A DNA stretch of 64,000 nt from a virus (taxonomy: Duplodnaviria > Caudoviricetes). The notes under the pieces are model-generated. The model saw only the letters and a program-made list of their open reading frames with translations. It was not told the origin of the DNA and ran no database searches. Shown here in pieces: positions 1 through 8,059 of this stretch; positions within the stretch are counted from its first letter, which is position 1, and every line of letters begins with the position of its first letter. The DNA is taken from the IMG/VR virus record IMGVR_UViG_3300036803_000035, positions 793 through 64,792 of that record, one strand, 5' to 3'. The position numbers and the translations under genes were made by a program.

Positions 1-1
1 T

Positions 2-445
2 CTCGAAGGCATCCCGCCGGGCGGCGTCATCTTCGCGGACATGCCCGACATCAACGCGGCCGGGATCTTTGCGAAAGTCGTCATCGGTCAGATGGCGCTG
101 TGGGCCGAGGCCGAGGCGAAGATCAATTCCGACCGCACCAAGGCGGCGCTCAAGGCAGCGAAAGCACGCGGCGTAAAGCTGGGCGGACCGAATTTCAGAT
201 CAGGCGATCGCGTTGCGCAACGCGCCGGTCACCGATCGCAGAGCGAACGATCGAAACAGCGAGCGGCCGATCTGCTGCCGCACATCCTCGACGCACAACG
301 GACGGGAGCCAAGTCGCTGCGCGAAGTCGCAGCCAAACTCACCGCCTGGTCGATCCCGCCGCCTTCGGGCGGCGCAACGTGGCACGCCGTACAGGTGCGC
401 CGCATCATAAAGGCAGGGAAAGACGCACATGGATCAGAGGGGTGA
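2..445 (+). CDS. Small serine recombinase (resolvase family) with C-terminal DNA-binding domain, 5'-truncated by the window edge
   Basis: Frame is open from base 2. FADMPD...ALWAEAEAKINSDRTKAALKAAKARGVKLG matches the resolvase helix-E motif (E.E...ISERTK.AL.AAKARG.KLG). It is followed by SLREVAAKL...G.TWHAVQVRRI. Confidence 0.85.
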   Translation, partial: LEGIPPGGVIFADMPDINAAGIFAKVVIGQMALWAEAEAKINSDRTKAALKAAKARGVKLGGPNFRSGDRVAQRAGHRSQSERSKQRAADLLPHILDAQRTGAKSLREVAAKLTAWSIPPPSGGATWHAVQVRRIIKAGKDAHGSEG

Positions 446-677
446 GCGTGTTCTAACTCTCGGCGAAAAGCGCGTGCGGCTCGGCTTCAATCCGAGCGGC
501 AATGAGCGCGTCGACAAGATTAAGCGGATCGCGGCCGATCTGATCGACCTGTGCGAGGAAGTGAAGGTCGATCACATTGCGACCGAGGGCAGCAGCGAAG
601 TGTTCCGCCTGCTCGCGCTCGCGCAAACGCACGCCGAGGACGCGGCGATGTGGGCGGTCAAGGCTGCGACCGCATGA
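429..677 (+). CDS. Acb2/Tad1-like helical hairpin protein (candidate nucleotide-signal sponge)
   Basis: 82 aa with GFNPSG...VDKIKRIAADLID and LALAQTHAEDAAMWAVKAAT, which resembles the Tad1/Acb2 C-terminal helix (Tad1 ALTHVEEALMW). Recalled similarity, not searched. Confidence 0.6.
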   Translation: MDQRGERVLTLGEKRVRLGFNPSGNERVDKIKRIAADLIDLCEEVKVDHIATEGSSEVFRLLALAQTHAEDAAMWAVKAATA

Positions 678-916
678 GAACCAAACCCAGCACCGGCACC
701 GAGAACGTCAATCGCGAGCTCGCCCTGATCTATCGGCGGATGCGCAGCGATGACGCGCGGGCGATGGGACAATTCCACTCAGGGCGCCATCACAAGGGCT
801 CGCCAGCGAATTGCGCGGCGTGCCGAGCCGAATTGCGACGCCAGCGCGAGGAACGCGCCGAGCGCGTGAGCCGCGCCGACATCGAGGAGCGGGTCGATGG
901 CAGCGCCGCCGCCTGA
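674..916 (+). CDS. Hypothetical protein
   Basis: ATG at 674 overlaps the upstream TGA (ATGA coupling). Contains an H..G...C..C motif. Confidence 0.55.
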   Translation: MRTKPSTGTENVNRELALIYRRMRSDDARAMGQFHSGRHHKGSPANCAACRAELRRQREERAERVSRADIEERVDGSAAA

Positions 917-1154
917 TCCGCGGTTCGCGTCGGCGCAGACCACGAGCGGCGTGTCGCCGCCGCAGCCTGGTTGCCCGTTCTGTGGCGGACCGCACGGCTA
1001 CATGGCGTGCACGCGCGTCAAGGCGATTGAATGGCACGATGGCCCGATCGCCGGCATGTGGGGCTCGCCGAAGCGCGTCGAATTCGTGACGCCGTCGGAT
1101 TGGCTGCCGAGCGCGACGGGGCCGCTCCGCAATCCCGAGAAGTGGCCGCCATGA
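897..1154 (+). CDS. Hypothetical protein with CPFCG...H...C possible Zn-binding motif
   Basis: ORF track; overlaps both neighbours in operon fashion. Confidence 0.5.
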   Translation: MAAPPPDPRFASAQTTSGVSPPQPGCPFCGGPHGYMACTRVKAIEWHDGPIAGMWGSPKRVEFVTPSDWLPSATGPLRNPEKWPP

Positions 1155-1342
1155 GCACGCCGACAACCCAACACACCACCGAACATTTGATCCGCGAGAT
1201 CGAGGTAGCGCTATGCCTGCCGGTGACACAGCTTCGCGCTCATTGGAACGGCCTGGGAAAGCAGCTGATCGCGCACATGCGCCAGCTGGAAGCCGCGGCG
1301 CGACCGGCGCCGGCGATCGGCCAGCAACACCCGCAGTCATAG
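1151..1342 (+). CDS. Hypothetical protein
   Basis: ATGA-coupled start at 1151 (MSTPTTQHTTEHLIREIE...). Confidence 0.5.
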   Translation: MSTPTTQHTTEHLIREIEVALCLPVTQLRAHWNGLGKQLIAHMRQLEAAARPAPAIGQQHPQS

Positions 1343-1752
1343 GCGCACTCGCCTCGCTCGCCGAGGCCGGCTGGATCACGCGCGAGCAATACGAAGCGGG
1401 GTTGATGTTCGCCGATCTGTGGCGGCACCAGGATCCCCACTACGTGGCGATGCGCAACGAAGTCATGGTCGATCTCATGAAGATCGACGCGCTCGACCTG
1501 GCGACCCGAGTTTGCCGCGACAATCACATCCGCATCGCCTTCGATCGGATGCCTTCACTGCGCCACGCGCTCGACCTGATGATGCTGCGCTTTCAGCAAA
1601 TCGAGCGCTCGCTGGCGACCGAACCTCGGCGCAAACCGCCGAGCGCTGCCGAGGGACCGGGGGGTCTCCACCACGTGGCCGCTGACACCGCCACGATCGG
1701 CAGCAGCCGGGAGCGCGTGCTGGCTGCCGCGACTCCCGGCACCCCTTCCTAG
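1213..1752 (+). CDS. Hypothetical protein (true start probably near 1340)
   Basis: LAEAGWITREQYEAGLMFADLW is a natural-looking phage protein segment. Start is uncertain. Confidence 0.45.
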   Translation: MPAGDTASRSLERPGKAADRAHAPAGSRGATGAGDRPATPAVIGALASLAEAGWITREQYEAGLMFADLWRHQDPHYVAMRNEVMVDLMKIDALDLATRVCRDNHIRIAFDRMPSLRHALDLMMLRFQQIERSLATEPRRKPPSAAEGPGGLHHVAADTATIGSSRERVLAAATPGTPS

Positions 1753-1932
1753 CAGCCGATGCGCCTGCCCATCGCGCGCTCGACAACGGCGATCCATTCG
1801 CGGATTTGCGCTTCGGTTAAGTCCGGTCGGGTGCGCTTCATCGTTGCGATCAAGTCTCCGTAGAGCCGTCGCTCGGCCGGATCGCTGATCTGCCGCGGTT
1901 CGGTGTAGACGCCATCAAACACGGTTGCCTCC

Positions 1933-2373
1933 ATGAAAGTCGGGCTGCTCCGTCGCCTGCGCACGCTGGCGTCTCAAATGCGTTACGCGAGCACCGCCGA
2001 CGGGCTCGAATGGTACGCGCGCGAGATCGCCAGGACGATTGCAGAGGCGGACGCGACGTCCAAGGCATCGCCAGATATGGGGCACCATTGCCACTCGCCT
2101 CGCGCGGATGTGCACAACCTCCCACCAACGGGATCGGTTCACCCGAGCTCAGCGACCGATGGCCTGAACGCCGCGCCGCCTACCGAGATCGCGAATTCGC
2201 CGGCGCCGATAGCAGTCAACAAACCGGCGCCAGCCGAGCCCGGCGTGAGAAATGTTCCACGTGAAACATCGCGTGGTCAACGGGGCAAGCACCCGATCTT
2301 CGAGGATGATCCGCGCGCCGTCGCCGAATGCGAACGCGATCGCCGGCAATCGGCGTTTCGACCGTGGGCATGA
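1933..2373 (+). CDS. Hypothetical protein containing the parS site (encodes NVPRET)
   Basis: ORF track; its stop overlaps the next ATG. Confidence 0.45.
   Translation: MKVGLLRRLRTLASQMRYASTADGLEWYAREIARTIAEADATSKASPDMGHHCHSPRADVHNLPPTGSVHPSSATDGLNAAPPTEIANSPAPIAVNKPAPAEPGVRNVPRETSRGQRGKHPIFEDDPRAVAECERDRRQSAFRPWA
2253..2268. promoter_or_regulatory. parS: parS centromere site (TGTTCCACGTGAAACA)
   Basis: Exact 16/16 match to the bacterial consensus TGTTNCACGTGAAACA. An AT-rich near-palindrome in a GC-rich background. Confidence 0.8.
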
Positions 2374-2627
2374 TCACCGGCGGGCGATTGCCCGTTGAGG
2401 AATTCGAGCTCGGCTGGGCAGTGCTGGTCGGTCGCGGCTTCAACGGTGAGTCGCCGAGGCCGACGTTTCCGCAGCGCGCGCATTTTTACGACGCGCGCGA
2501 CCTGAATGCCCTTCGAGCGATCTGCGGCAATCACCTTGTCGCCATCACCGACGCGATCGCCTTCGATCCCGGCAATTGGCTCCGTTGCCAACATTGCCAG
2601 CGGATATTCGATCGCCGGTGGCAGTGA
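2370..2627 (+). CDS. Hypothetical protein with Cys/His motif (H...C...C..C)
   Basis: ATGA-coupled start at 2370. Confidence 0.5.
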   Translation: MITGGRLPVEEFELGWAVLVGRGFNGESPRPTFPQRAHFYDARDLNALRAICGNHLVAITDAIAFDPGNWLRCQHCQRIFDRRWQ

Positions 2628-2718
2628 TCGATCAACTTGCGCGCGCGCCGTGTTCCTCCCATGTTCCCGGCAAGCGGGGCGAGGGGGCGCCGCGTCCGAC
2701 CAGCCAGGGAGTCGGATC

Positions 2719-2904
2719 ATGCCCTCATCTGCCGAGGAAATTTGGGACAACTACCGCGCCGCCATCGTGCGGCGCTTCGATCATCCCGGTCCCGCCGCCG
2801 ATGCCGAAGTCGAGACTTGGCGCATCCGCCTGGTTGAGGCGATGGGCGAGGACCCGCACTCCACCAACGTAGTGCGTTTGGCCGATCGGCGGCGCGCTGC
2901 CTGA
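2719..2904 (+). CDS. Hypothetical protein
   Basis: GGGAG upstream of the ATG; ends NVVRLADRRRAA, a typical phage C-terminus. Confidence 0.5.
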   Translation: MPSSAEEIWDNYRAAIVRRFDHPGPAADAEVETWRIRLVEAMGEDPHSTNVVRLADRRRAA

Positions 2905-2976
2905 AAACTGTCACAGAACACGACCGATCGGGCTGCTACGCTGACCGCCTTGCAAATTTGCAAGGGAGCGTCCGTC

Positions 2977-3138
2977 ATGTCGCTGCCGCATCTTCGCAGC
3001 CATCTCCGAAGCGCCGATCTTCCGCGCCGCGATCGTCCGTTGCCTTACGGCCTCGCCGCGCTGCTGATCACCGGGCTCTCGGCTCTCAGCTGGGGAGTGG
3101 TGATCGTTGTCGTGCTGGGACTTCGCGCCGTAATCTGA
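2977..3138 (+). CDS. Small membrane protein
   Basis: AAGGGAG RBS; hydrophobic C-terminal half. Confidence 0.5.
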   Translation: MSLPHLRSHLRSADLPRRDRPLPYGLAALLITGLSALSWGVVIVVVLGLRAVI

Positions 3139-3216
3139 CGCCGCGCGCTGCTCGGGGTTGTGCGTTGCCTTAGTGGTCCCCGGCAGTTCCAACCGTGCCA
3201 CCGAGTAGCGCGCACC

Positions 3217-3579
3217 ATGCGACAGCCGAACGGCCGCAGCGCGGCGGCAATGCAGTATCGCCTGTGGTATCGCACGCGAGAGTGGGCACGGCTGCGCGCT
3301 GATCAGCTGGCTCGCGAACCTTGGTGCGAGTTCTGCCTTGCGATGGAGCGACGCACGCCGGCGACCGTTGCTGATCACCGCAGGCCTCACCGTGGTGATG
3401 CACGCCTGTTCTTCGACTCGGGCAACCTGCAATCGCTCTGCGCAACGCACCACGACAGCACGAAGGCACGAGCCGAGCGAGGCGGTCGCGTGACGATCGC
3501 AGTCGGTCGCGACGGCTGGCCGAAAGCAATCTCGGGACAGGGGGTAGGGGGTTTCCCGACCAAGGGGGGCAGCGGCTGA
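3217..3579 (+). CDS. HNH endonuclease (HK97 gp74-like packaging cofactor)
   Basis: WYRTREWARLRADQLAREPWCEFC...ATVADHRRPHRGD..LFFD..NLQSLC..HHDSTK. Confidence 0.9.
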   Translation: MRQPNGRSAAAMQYRLWYRTREWARLRADQLAREPWCEFCLAMERRTPATVADHRRPHRGDARLFFDSGNLQSLCATHHDSTKARAERGGRVTIAVGRDGWPKAISGQGVGGFPTKGGSG

Positions 3580-3640
3580 CCGTGGGGTCCCCTCAGCCCG
3601 TAGAGTCGCGAAATTGAGGGTGGGGGTCGATCCCTGCCAG
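3535..3640. other. Possible cos / packaging-initiation region
   Basis: G-run-rich segment straight after the HNH gene (ggggtagggggtt...gaccgtggggtccc...cgcgaaattgagggtggggg). This is where cos usually lies in HNH-terminase phages. Position-based inference only. Confidence 0.3.
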
Positions 3641-3702
3641 ATAGCGCCGTAGCCAGCCTCGAAGAGGCGCGAGCGCGGCAGTTTTCCAGGGGTTCTCACT
3701 GC

Positions 3703-4296
3703 ATGGCTGCAAGGAAGAAGCCGCCGGCGACACCGCCGGCGCCGCCGGCGGGACCGCGTCTCGCCGACAAGATCGTGCCGCGCGCGATCGCCGACCTGGT
3801 GCCGTACGCCAACAACGCGCGCACCCATTCGAAGCGGCAGGTTCAGCAGATCGCCGCCTCGATCAAGGAATTCGGGTTCACGAACCCCGTCCTGGTCGAC
3901 GCCGCCGGCGGGATCGTCGCCGGCCACGGCCGCGTGCTCGGCGCTCAGCTGTTGAAGATGCCCCAGGTGCCGACGATCGACGTCGGCTATCTGACCGAGG
4001 CGCAGCGCAAAGCCTACGTCCTGGCCGACAATAAGCTGGCGCTCAACGCCGGCTGGGATGTCGAGCTCCTCGGCGTCGAGCTCGGCGGGATCCTCGAGCT
4101 CGGCATTGATTCGGAGCTCGTCGGGTTCAGCGCCAAAGAGGTCGAGCGGATCACCGGCAAAAGCGACGGGCTCGATCCCGACGACATGCAGGACAGCTTC
4201 GAAATCCTGGTCGAGTGCACCGACGAGCCGCAGCAGCGCGCCCTGTTGGAGCGCCTCGCCGGCGAGGGGTACAAATGCAAATCACTGCTCCGCTGA
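3703..4296 (+). CDS. ParB/Srx N-terminal-domain protein of the type linked to phage DNA-modification genes
   Basis: LVPYANNARTHSKRQVQQIAASIKEFGFTNPVLVD...IVAGHGRVLGA...AYVLADNKLALNAGWD. No ParB HTH or dimerisation domain follows. Confidence 0.9.
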   Translation: MAARKKPPATPPAPPAGPRLADKIVPRAIADLVPYANNARTHSKRQVQQIAASIKEFGFTNPVLVDAAGGIVAGHGRVLGAQLLKMPQVPTIDVGYLTEAQRKAYVLADNKLALNAGWDVELLGVELGGILELGIDSELVGFSAKEVERITGKSDGLDPDDMQDSFEILVECTDEPQQRALLERLAGEGYKCKSLLR

Positions 4297-5399
4297 CCGC
4301 CGACATCGAGCGGAGCTCGCCGATCGCGCGATCCGGTCGCGTCATGCAGCTGGAAGGCATCTTCGATGTCCCGCCCAGCGAGCGATCGGCCGTGTCGTGG
4401 CACGTCTCGCTGCCGCTGCATGAACGCCCCTGGAACATCGGCCTGATCGTGGGCCCCTCGGGCTGCGGCAAGACGACGATCGCGAAGCACCTGTTCGGCG
4501 AGGCCTACGTTCGCGGCTTCGAATGGGACCCGAGCCGGTCCCTGGTCGATGACTTTCCGCAGGACATGAGCGTGAAGGAAATCACGCTGCTGATGTCCTC
4601 GGTGGGGTTTTCGAGCCCGCCATCCTGGGTTCGGCCGTTTCACGTGCTGTCCAACGGCGAGCAATTTCGCGCCGCGATGGCGCGCTCGCTCGCTGAAATG
4701 CGCGACCTGTGCGTCATGGACGAATTCACGTCGGTGGTCGATCGCACGGTGGCGCAGCTGGGGAGCGCGGCGATCGCCAAGACGGTGCGCCGACGCGGTC
4801 AGAAGTTCATCGCGGTGACCTGTCATTACGACGTCGAGGACTGGCTCGATCCCGATTGGGTGTTCGAGCCGGCGACGAACTCCTTCCGATGGAGGTTACT
4901 TCGGCGACGACCAGCAATCGAGCTCGCGATCTCGCGGGTCCATCATTCGGCATGGAAGCTATTCGCACCGCATCACTATCTGACGCGCTCGCTCAATCCG
5001 TCGGCGCGGTGCTTTTGCGCTTTCATCGATGAACGGCCGGTCGCCTTTCACGCGCTGCTGCCGTTCCTCGGTCGGTTGAGCAGCCGCAAAAAGGCCTATC
5101 GCGGTCACCGCTGCGTCGTGTTGCCCGACTTCCAGGGCGCCGGCATCGGCAATGCGCTCATGACGACGGACGCCTCGATCTTCGCCGCGCTCGGCTATCG
5201 CGTGTTTCGCCCGACCGGGCATCCGGCCGAGATCGCCTCGGCCTCGCGCGATCCGAATTGGCGCATGATCCGCAAGCCGAGCATGGTCGGTCACGACACC
5301 GATCGGCGCATCGCGCGAGCGACAGGGCGGCTCACCGCCAGTTTCGAGTTTGTGGGGACCCCGATGCCGATCGACGCGGCGCGGGCGATGGTGGCATGA
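4275..5399 (+). CDS. ABC-type ATPase fused to a GNAT (Mom-like) acyltransferase
   Basis: Walker A GPSGCGKTT, signature LSNGEQFR, Walker B VMDEF, H-loop VTCH. C-terminal W..FAPHHYL and GNAT motif A VVLPDFQGAGIG. No membrane partner. Confidence 0.85.
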   Translation: MQITAPLTADIERSSPIARSGRVMQLEGIFDVPPSERSAVSWHVSLPLHERPWNIGLIVGPSGCGKTTIAKHLFGEAYVRGFEWDPSRSLVDDFPQDMSVKEITLLMSSVGFSSPPSWVRPFHVLSNGEQFRAAMARSLAEMRDLCVMDEFTSVVDRTVAQLGSAAIAKTVRRRGQKFIAVTCHYDVEDWLDPDWVFEPATNSFRWRLLRRRPAIELAISRVHHSAWKLFAPHHYLTRSLNPSARCFCAFIDERPVAFHALLPFLGRLSSRKKAYRGHRCVVLPDFQGAGIGNALMTTDASIFAALGYRVFRPTGHPAEIASASRDPNWRMIRKPSMVGHDTDRRIARATGRLTASFEFVGTPMPIDAARAMVA

Positions 5400-6907
5400 G
5401 ACTCGCCCATCAGCTGTTGCTCGACCGCCCGGCGGTCCGCGCCGGCATCGCGTTGATGCACGGCGTCGCCGGATTTGACACTTATGCCGAGCTCTGCGAC
5501 CAGGTGCGCCGCGCCGCGACGGGGCTGCGCTCGCTCGGTTTGCAGCGTGGCGATCGCGTCGCGATCTTCCTCGACAAACGCCCCGAGACGGTCGCCGCGA
5601 TGTTCGCGACGATGGCCGCCGGCGGCGTCATGGTGCCGATCAACCCGGCGCTCAAGCCGCGCCAGGTCAAACACATCCTGACCGATTGCGAGGCGCGCTT
5701 CCTCGTCTCGACCGATCGCCTGCTCTCGGCGAGCGGCTCGACGGTGGTCCTGTCCGACCTGACGCTCGGGAAGCATCGCAATTGGTGTCAGCTGTACCTG
5801 TGCGACCCGAGCGAGCCGTCGCCGGCGATCGACCGGGACATGGCGGCGATCCTCTACACGTCGGGCAGCACCGGGCACCCCAAGGGGGTTGTCCTCTCGC
5901 ACCGCAACATCGTCGCCGGCGCCGAGAGTGTCGCCGAATATCTGCGGCTGAGCGCGAGCGATCGCCTGCTGGCCGTCCTGCCGCTTTCCTTCGATGCCGG
6001 GCTGAGCCAGCTGACAACCGCTTTCGTCGCCGGCGCCAGCGTCGTGCTTCTCAACTACGCCGGCCCCGAGGACCTGGTGCGCGCCTGCGCCCGTCACGGC
6101 GTGACCGGGATCACCGCGGTGCCGACCCTGTGGGGATCGCTCGCTCGCGTCGAGTGGCCTGCAGGTGCCCGGCGAGCACTGCGCTTCTTCGCCAATACCG
6201 GCGGCGCGATGCCGACCGATACCCTCACGCGGCTGCGCGCGCTGTTCCCCGACGCCGAGCCCTTCCTGATGTACGGGCTGACCGAAGCCTTTCGCTCGAC
6301 CTATTTGGATCCCCGCGAAGTCGATCGACGGCCGCTGTCGATCGGCAAGGCGATCCCCGGCGCCGAGGTCCTGGTCGTGCGGCCGAACGGCGAGCTCTGC
6401 GGCCCCGACGAGCTCGGCGAGCTCGTGCATCGCGGTCCGACCGTCGCGCTCGGCTACTGGAACGATCGCGAGCGAACCGCCGAGCGCTTCCGGCCGGCGC
6501 CCGGGCAGCCGCGACAGATGCCGCTTCCCGAGATCGCCGTGTGGTCGGGCGACCTGGTGCGCCGCGACGCCGAGGGCTTCCTGTATTTCGTCGGGCGCCG
6601 AGACGATCAGATCAAAACGTCGGGCTACCGCGTGAGCCCGGTGGAGATCGAGGAGGTCGCGATGGCGAGCGGGCTGATCTCCGCGGCCGCGGCGATCGGC
6701 GTCTCGCACCCGAAACTCGGGCAGGCAATCGTCCTTTACGTGATCGCCGCCGGCGAGCTCGACGCGAGCGCGCTGCTGGCGCATTGCGAGCGCGAATTGC
6801 CCCGATACATGATCCCGCAGCGGATCGAAGCGCGCGCGACCCTGCCCCTGAACGCCAATGGCAAGATCGATCGCAAAGCGCTCGCGCTCGACGTTAAGGA
6901 TCGTTAA
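5396..6907 (+). CDS. AMP-forming acyl-CoA ligase (adenylate-forming superfamily; resembles the exosortase A-associated type)
   Basis: LYTSGSTGHPKG, YGLTE, SGDLVRRDAEGFLYFVGRRDDQIK, NANGKIDRKAL. Its ATG at 5396 overlaps the GNAT stop. Confidence 0.9.
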   Translation: MRLAHQLLLDRPAVRAGIALMHGVAGFDTYAELCDQVRRAATGLRSLGLQRGDRVAIFLDKRPETVAAMFATMAAGGVMVPINPALKPRQVKHILTDCEARFLVSTDRLLSASGSTVVLSDLTLGKHRNWCQLYLCDPSEPSPAIDRDMAAILYTSGSTGHPKGVVLSHRNIVAGAESVAEYLRLSASDRLLAVLPLSFDAGLSQLTTAFVAGASVVLLNYAGPEDLVRACARHGVTGITAVPTLWGSLARVEWPAGARRALRFFANTGGAMPTDTLTRLRALFPDAEPFLMYGLTEAFRSTYLDPREVDRRPLSIGKAIPGAEVLVVRPNGELCGPDELGELVHRGPTVALGYWNDRERTAERFRPAPGQPRQMPLPEIAVWSGDLVRRDAEGFLYFVGRRDDQIKTSGYRVSPVEIEEVAMASGLISAAAAIGVSHPKLGQAIVLYVIAAGELDASALLAHCERELPRYMIPQRIEARATLPLNANGKIDRKALALDVKDR

Positions 6908-6911
6908 GGAT
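6892..6911. repeat. 10-bp perfect tandem duplication (CGTTAAGGAT x2)
   Basis: Read directly; the second copy supplies the ligase TAA stop. Confidence 0.9.
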
Positions 6912-6973
6912 CGACCCCCTTCCCAGGTCGATTTTAAGCGCCGCCAGAGGGCGGGAAGCGCCTGGGCTCTCAC

Positions 6974-7101
6974 TTGAGCGACCCTGATCGCTTCCCCCTC
7001 TGTGGCGAGCCCTGGCAGCGCCGCCCGACGTCTCCGATCGATCGCCCTCATAGGGGCGCGTGGGGCGCGCTCTGAGAGGGGAAAGCGCTCGGGTCACTCG
7101 A
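6974..7101. repeat. Imperfect inverted repeat with arms of about 28 bp, in the convergent intergenic gap
   Basis: ttgagcgaccctgatcgcttccccctc pairs with gaggggaaagcgctcgggtcactcga. Confidence 0.6.
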
Positions 7102-7155
7102 CAGCGCGCGATCCCGCTTCGCTCGCCAGCGAGCGCCGCCCGCGACCGCTGGGCC

Positions 7156-7188
7156 AAAAAAAAGCCCCCGCGATCTCTCGCGAGGGCT
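7156..7188 (-). terminator. Rho-independent terminator closing the leftward array
   Basis: Minus strand reads AGCCCTCGCGA-GAGA-TCGCGGGGGCT followed by a T run. Confidence 0.85.
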
Positions 7189-7194
7189 GATCTT

Positions 7195-7467
7195 CTATCG
7201 TCGCGGCGATCGTCGCCGTTCGATGCCGTGCCGATCGGCGACGCGCTGCGCTGCTGCCTCGAAGGCTTGATCGCGCGTCAGCGGCACTCTGTGGTCGCGG
7301 AGATCGACGAGGCGGGTTGCGAGTCGACTCTTGCCGACCATCGCTCGCTCCCAGCCCGGTTTCTTTTGATGCCCGTCCCACGTCGCGCACCGCTGTAGAC
7401 AGGCGATCGCCATGTTGAGCTCGGACAGGCTCAAGATCGGCTGATAGAAGCGATCGTCATCGGTCAT
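7195..7467 (-). CDS. Hypothetical protein
   Basis: ATG at 7467 overlaps the upstream stop; GGAG RBS. Confidence 0.55.
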   Translation of the reverse strand: MTDDDRFYQPILSLSELNMAIACLQRCATWDGHQKKPGWERAMVGKSRLATRLVDLRDHRVPLTRDQAFEAAAQRVADRHGIERRRSPRR

Positions 7468-7667
7468 GGGCGCGCTCCTGTCCGCAGCTGGTCGATCAAA
7501 CACACCGCGATCGCCCCGACGTGATCGACACGGCGTCGGTGCGGGCGCAGCTGTTTCAATTCGTAAGTCATCGCGAGCCCCAGCACTTCGATCGCGTCGG
7601 TCGGGCGCATGTCCTCGATCGCGCGGATCAGCGCAAGCGAGCGCTTGCCTTTCTCTGCATCGGTCAT
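7464..7667 (-). CDS. Hypothetical protein
   Basis: ATGA-coupled; GGAGG RBS. Confidence 0.6.
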   Translation of the reverse strand: MTDAEKGKRSLALIRAIEDMRPTDAIEVLGLAMTYELKQLRPHRRRVDHVGAIAVCLIDQLRTGARP

Positions 7668-8059
7668 TCGACGCCTCCTGCCGCCAGCTGAATTGAGCGA
7701 ACGCGCACCGAGTGCTCGTTTCGCGGGATGCCGAACTCGCTCGACATGATCTCGGCGATCCGCCGAAACTTGTGCCCGGCGATCTCAAGATCGAGGAGCC
7801 GCCGATCGTGCTCCTCAGAGTACGGATAGCGCTTCTGCCCGTTGGCGCATTGATACGGGCGCGGCGCGCGACGCGGCGGCTTATCCCAATACCCCGCTCG
7901 CAGCATGTACCAGTGCACGGTCGCCGGGTGTCGGTTGAGACGCAGCGCGATCTTACTCGGCGCCGGATCGGTCATCGTTTCGCATAGCCGATTGATCTCG
8001 GCCTTTTCCTCGGGCGACATTCGCCCGCGCTTGATCGTGTCATATCGCTGCGCGGTCAT
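7664..8059 (-). CDS. Protein with two Myb/GcrA-like HTH repeats
   Basis: RGRMSPEEKAEINRL...IALRLNRHPATV and YSEEHDRRLLDL...FRRIAEIM...RNEHSVRVR. AGGAGATC RBS. Confidence 0.55.
   Translation of the reverse strand: MTAQRYDTIKRGRMSPEEKAEINRLCETMTDPAPSKIALRLNRHPATVHWYMLRAGYWDKPPRRAPRPYQCANGQKRYPYSEEHDRRLLDLEIAGHKFRRIAEIMSSEFGIPRNEHSVRVRSIQLAAGGVE

Noticed and set aside
2-445. Large serine integrase
   Set aside because: The protein ends soon after the resolvase helix E and a short DNA-binding domain; no zinc-ribbon or coiled-coil region. An att site could not be identified.
3703-4296. ParB as a true partition protein acting on the parS site
   Set aside because: Only the N-terminal ParB/Srx domain is present, with no HTH and no ParA. 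It matches the modification-associated type.
4275-5399. ABC transporter
   Set aside because: No permease or binding-protein gene nearby; the ATPase is fused to a GNAT domain.
5396-6907. NRPS or secondary-metabolite cluster, or start of host chromosome
   Set aside because: Stand-alone adenylation enzyme with no carrier or condensation domain; translationally coupled to phage genes and flanked by phage genes.
5291-7051. 586-aa minus-strand ORF, and similar long antisense ORFs (2911-3927, 15726-16895, 34515-36353, 39099-40643, 52588-53898)
   Set aside because: Shadow frames of well-supported genes in high-GC DNA; no motifs or RBS.
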